In this document: piece by piece, positions 55,446-57,427 of the stretch | How the letters are laid out: each line of letters starts with the position of its first letter | Numbering within the stretch: position 1 is the first letter of the stretch | Origin: Prasinococcaceae sp. CCMP 1430 | Lineage: Eukaryota; Plantae; Prasinodermophyta | Assembly: GCA_013416795.1 (NCBI GenBank) | Contig: RQSC01000306.1 | Coordinates: 1,324-58,750, forward strand | Length of the DNA: 57,427 bases | Reading direction: 5' to 3' | The notes under the pieces: model-generated | Told to the model about the DNA's origin: nothing | Database searches by the model: none | The model's input: the letters and a program-made list of their open reading frames with translations, nothing else | Translations under genes and position numbers: made by a program

Positions 55446-55862
55446 GATGGTACAGGTCCATCAGTAGGTTGTTGGTTGGGCGTTTCGTGTGTTTTGTGTT
55501 TGTGTGCTGATCAAATTGTTTCTGCGTGTGTTTTTTCGTTCGGCGCGAGCGATGCCGTTGGCGTGTGGTGGAACTGCAGGGTCTCTCGCTCGGTCGGGCC
55601 AGCGCTGATGCAGCGGAAGTATAGTGCACCTTGTCCGCACGTCATCAGGATGCATTTGTTGGAACCTGGGCAGGGCTCGGCGAAGACTCCGATTCGCACG
55701 TCCAAAGCGCACAGGTTTCTGGTCGTGAGCGCTAGAGACACGCGAGCGATCGCACCATGGTGGTGGTGCGCCCACAGCGCTCGCGCCAGTGCGCCGAGTT
55801 AGACCAGCGCGACGGCCGGCACAGCTTGAAAGGAAGACGCGCGGCGCATGCGTCTTCATTGA

Positions 55863-57427
55863 TCACTCCATCGTTACTGGAGGTGGATGGCGGTCGACGC
55901 GCTCTGCCCCAAGCCCGCGTGCGCCGCCATCGACATTCCCCTCCCCCTCTTTCTCTTCTACCTTGCCTAGCTCCCTTCGGCCCGCGCTCTTCGCCGCGCG
56001 CGCGCTCCTGAGCTTGGGCAGCTTGGCGCGCGCCGCGCGCCGCGCCGCCGCGCCGTGCGTGAGCACGGCCGACAGCACGGGCATCGCGAACACCATGCCC
56101 GAGGTGACCACCAGCAGGGCGCCGATCACGCGCCGGTCGTTCGTGCCGCCGACGGTCTCCACCTTGACCAGCAGACCGGCGAAGAGGATCAGCGCGATCT
56201 CGACGAGCGCCGCCTGTGCGGAGCGGTCCACCGCGGCGTCCGCGTACGGCCTGAGCGCCAGGTTGGACACGAGGAAGAAGCACGCGACGAGAAGCCCGAC
56301 GGCGACCTGGCCGCTCCCGCCGGCATCGACGAAGACCAGCGCGCCGGTCAACACCAGCTTGCGCAGCAGCTCCACCAGCTCCCAGTACCAGCACTCGGTG
56401 TGGTAGGAGGCGAAGAGCTGGCCGCAGTGGCGAATCGCGAGCGCCTCGTCCGCATCGAGCGGCCCGTTGATATCGTCGGCGAGGCGCTCCCCGACAAGAA
56501 ATGTCCCGACGGCCCCCCCCTCGGTCGCAGCGCCCCTCGCGCTGGCGCTCGACTTGGCGCCGAAGCAGAGCTCGCCGACCGGAGCGTGCGCAGCCGCCCA
56601 CGCGACGAGCGCCTCGCGCGCCGCGCCGTCGTCGGCGGCGAAGGAGGCCGCTCGCGATGCCTTCCCCGACCGTGGCGACGCGGGGGTGTCACCGCCGGGC
56701 CGCTGGGCATTCTCCGACTCGTCGCCGGCGAGCGTTTGCGCGAGCCTCGTCCCGACGCGCACCTCGCCCTTGAAGAGCTGCTCGAGGGTGGCGCGCTCGC
56801 GCAGCAGGCGGCGCATCTCCATGCCGAGCACGGCGTCGACCTCATCGGCGTCCTCGTTGAGCGCGATGCCCACCAGGAGGGCGTTGCGCGCCACGGCGCG
56901 GCTGCGGTGCCTGGCGGCGATGGCGGGCACGCCGTGGCGGAGCATGGATGGTAGGAGGCGAAGAGCTGGCCGCAGTGGCGAATCGCGAGCGCCTCGTCCG
57001 CATCGAGCGGCCCGTTGATATCGTCGGCGAGGCGGTCCTCCCCGACAAGAGCCGTCCCGTCGGCCGACCCGGGCGCAGCGCCCCTCGCGCTGGCGCTCGA
57101 CTTGGCGCCGAAGCAGAGCTCACCGACCGGAGCGTGCGCAGCCGCCCACGCGACGAGCGCCTCGCGCGCCGCGCCGTCGTCATCCGCGAAGGGGGGCGCT
57201 CGCGATGCCTTCTCCGACAGTGGCGACGCGGGGCCGTCCTCGCCGTGCCCGGCGGTCTTTGACTGCGGCGACGCGGGGGTGTCGCAGCCTGGTTGCTCGG
57301 CATCCTTCGTCTCGTCGCCGGCGAGCGTTTGCGCGAGCCTCGTCCCGACGCGCACCTCGCCCTCAAAGAGCTGCTCGAGGGTGGCGCGCTCGCGCAGCAG
57401 GCGGCGCATCTCCATGCCGAGCACGGC
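55863..57427 (-). pseudogene. 3' part of a multi-TM protein of the algal/protist PY...W..E..RK TM family, carrying a 548-bp internal tandem duplication that shifts frame; runs off the window
   Basis: LFASYHTECWYWELVELLRKLVLTGALVFV..QVAVGLL..LALRPY; segment 56401-56948 is repeated from 56949; frame breaks at TAC CAT CC ATG. Confidence 0.6.

Noticed and set aside
1-57427. rRNA, tRNA or snRNA genes
   Set aside because: No cloverleaf, A/B-box pair or rRNA signature was recognised by eye; a tRNAscan-SE/Infernal run would be needed to exclude them.

Overview
GC-rich eukaryotic nuclear DNA from a green alga of prasinophyte grade (short GC-rich introns with GTGCG/GTACG donors, CTGAC branch points and GCAG acceptors, and plastid-targeted plant-type genes; the exact species cannot be fixed from sequence alone). 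The window is gene-dense, with about 22 protein-coding loci mostly alternating in strand. In order: NIN-like transcription factor (GAF-like/RWP-RK/PB1), ABC1K kinase, ATG2, pheophytinase-like hydrolase, an Ala/Glu/Lys-repeat protein, RPA43, APS kinase, MIOX, a J-domain/TPR/WD40 protein, two head-to-head CBM48 starch-binding proteins, a PH-RCC1-BRX (PRAF/RLD-like) protein, a SYP1 syntaxin, a DOT1-like methyltransferase, a PHT4/ANTR transporter, a Vps62-like membrane protein, SelU and several unknowns. The most striking signal is a small family of probably plastid/starch-associated proteins built from the self-complementary octamer AEAEAKAK: 15 perfect tandem copies in one gene, and related runs in a 980-aa CBM48 protein that faces a PTST2-like paralogue with the same intron positions. 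Also notable: two copies of an unclassified palindrome-rich repeat element, one apparently inside the pheophytinase gene; a CTAG-dense palindromic tract; and a frameshifting 548-bp tandem duplication at the window end. Four N-gaps limit some gene models. Exon boundaries were read by eye and are unverified by RNA data.
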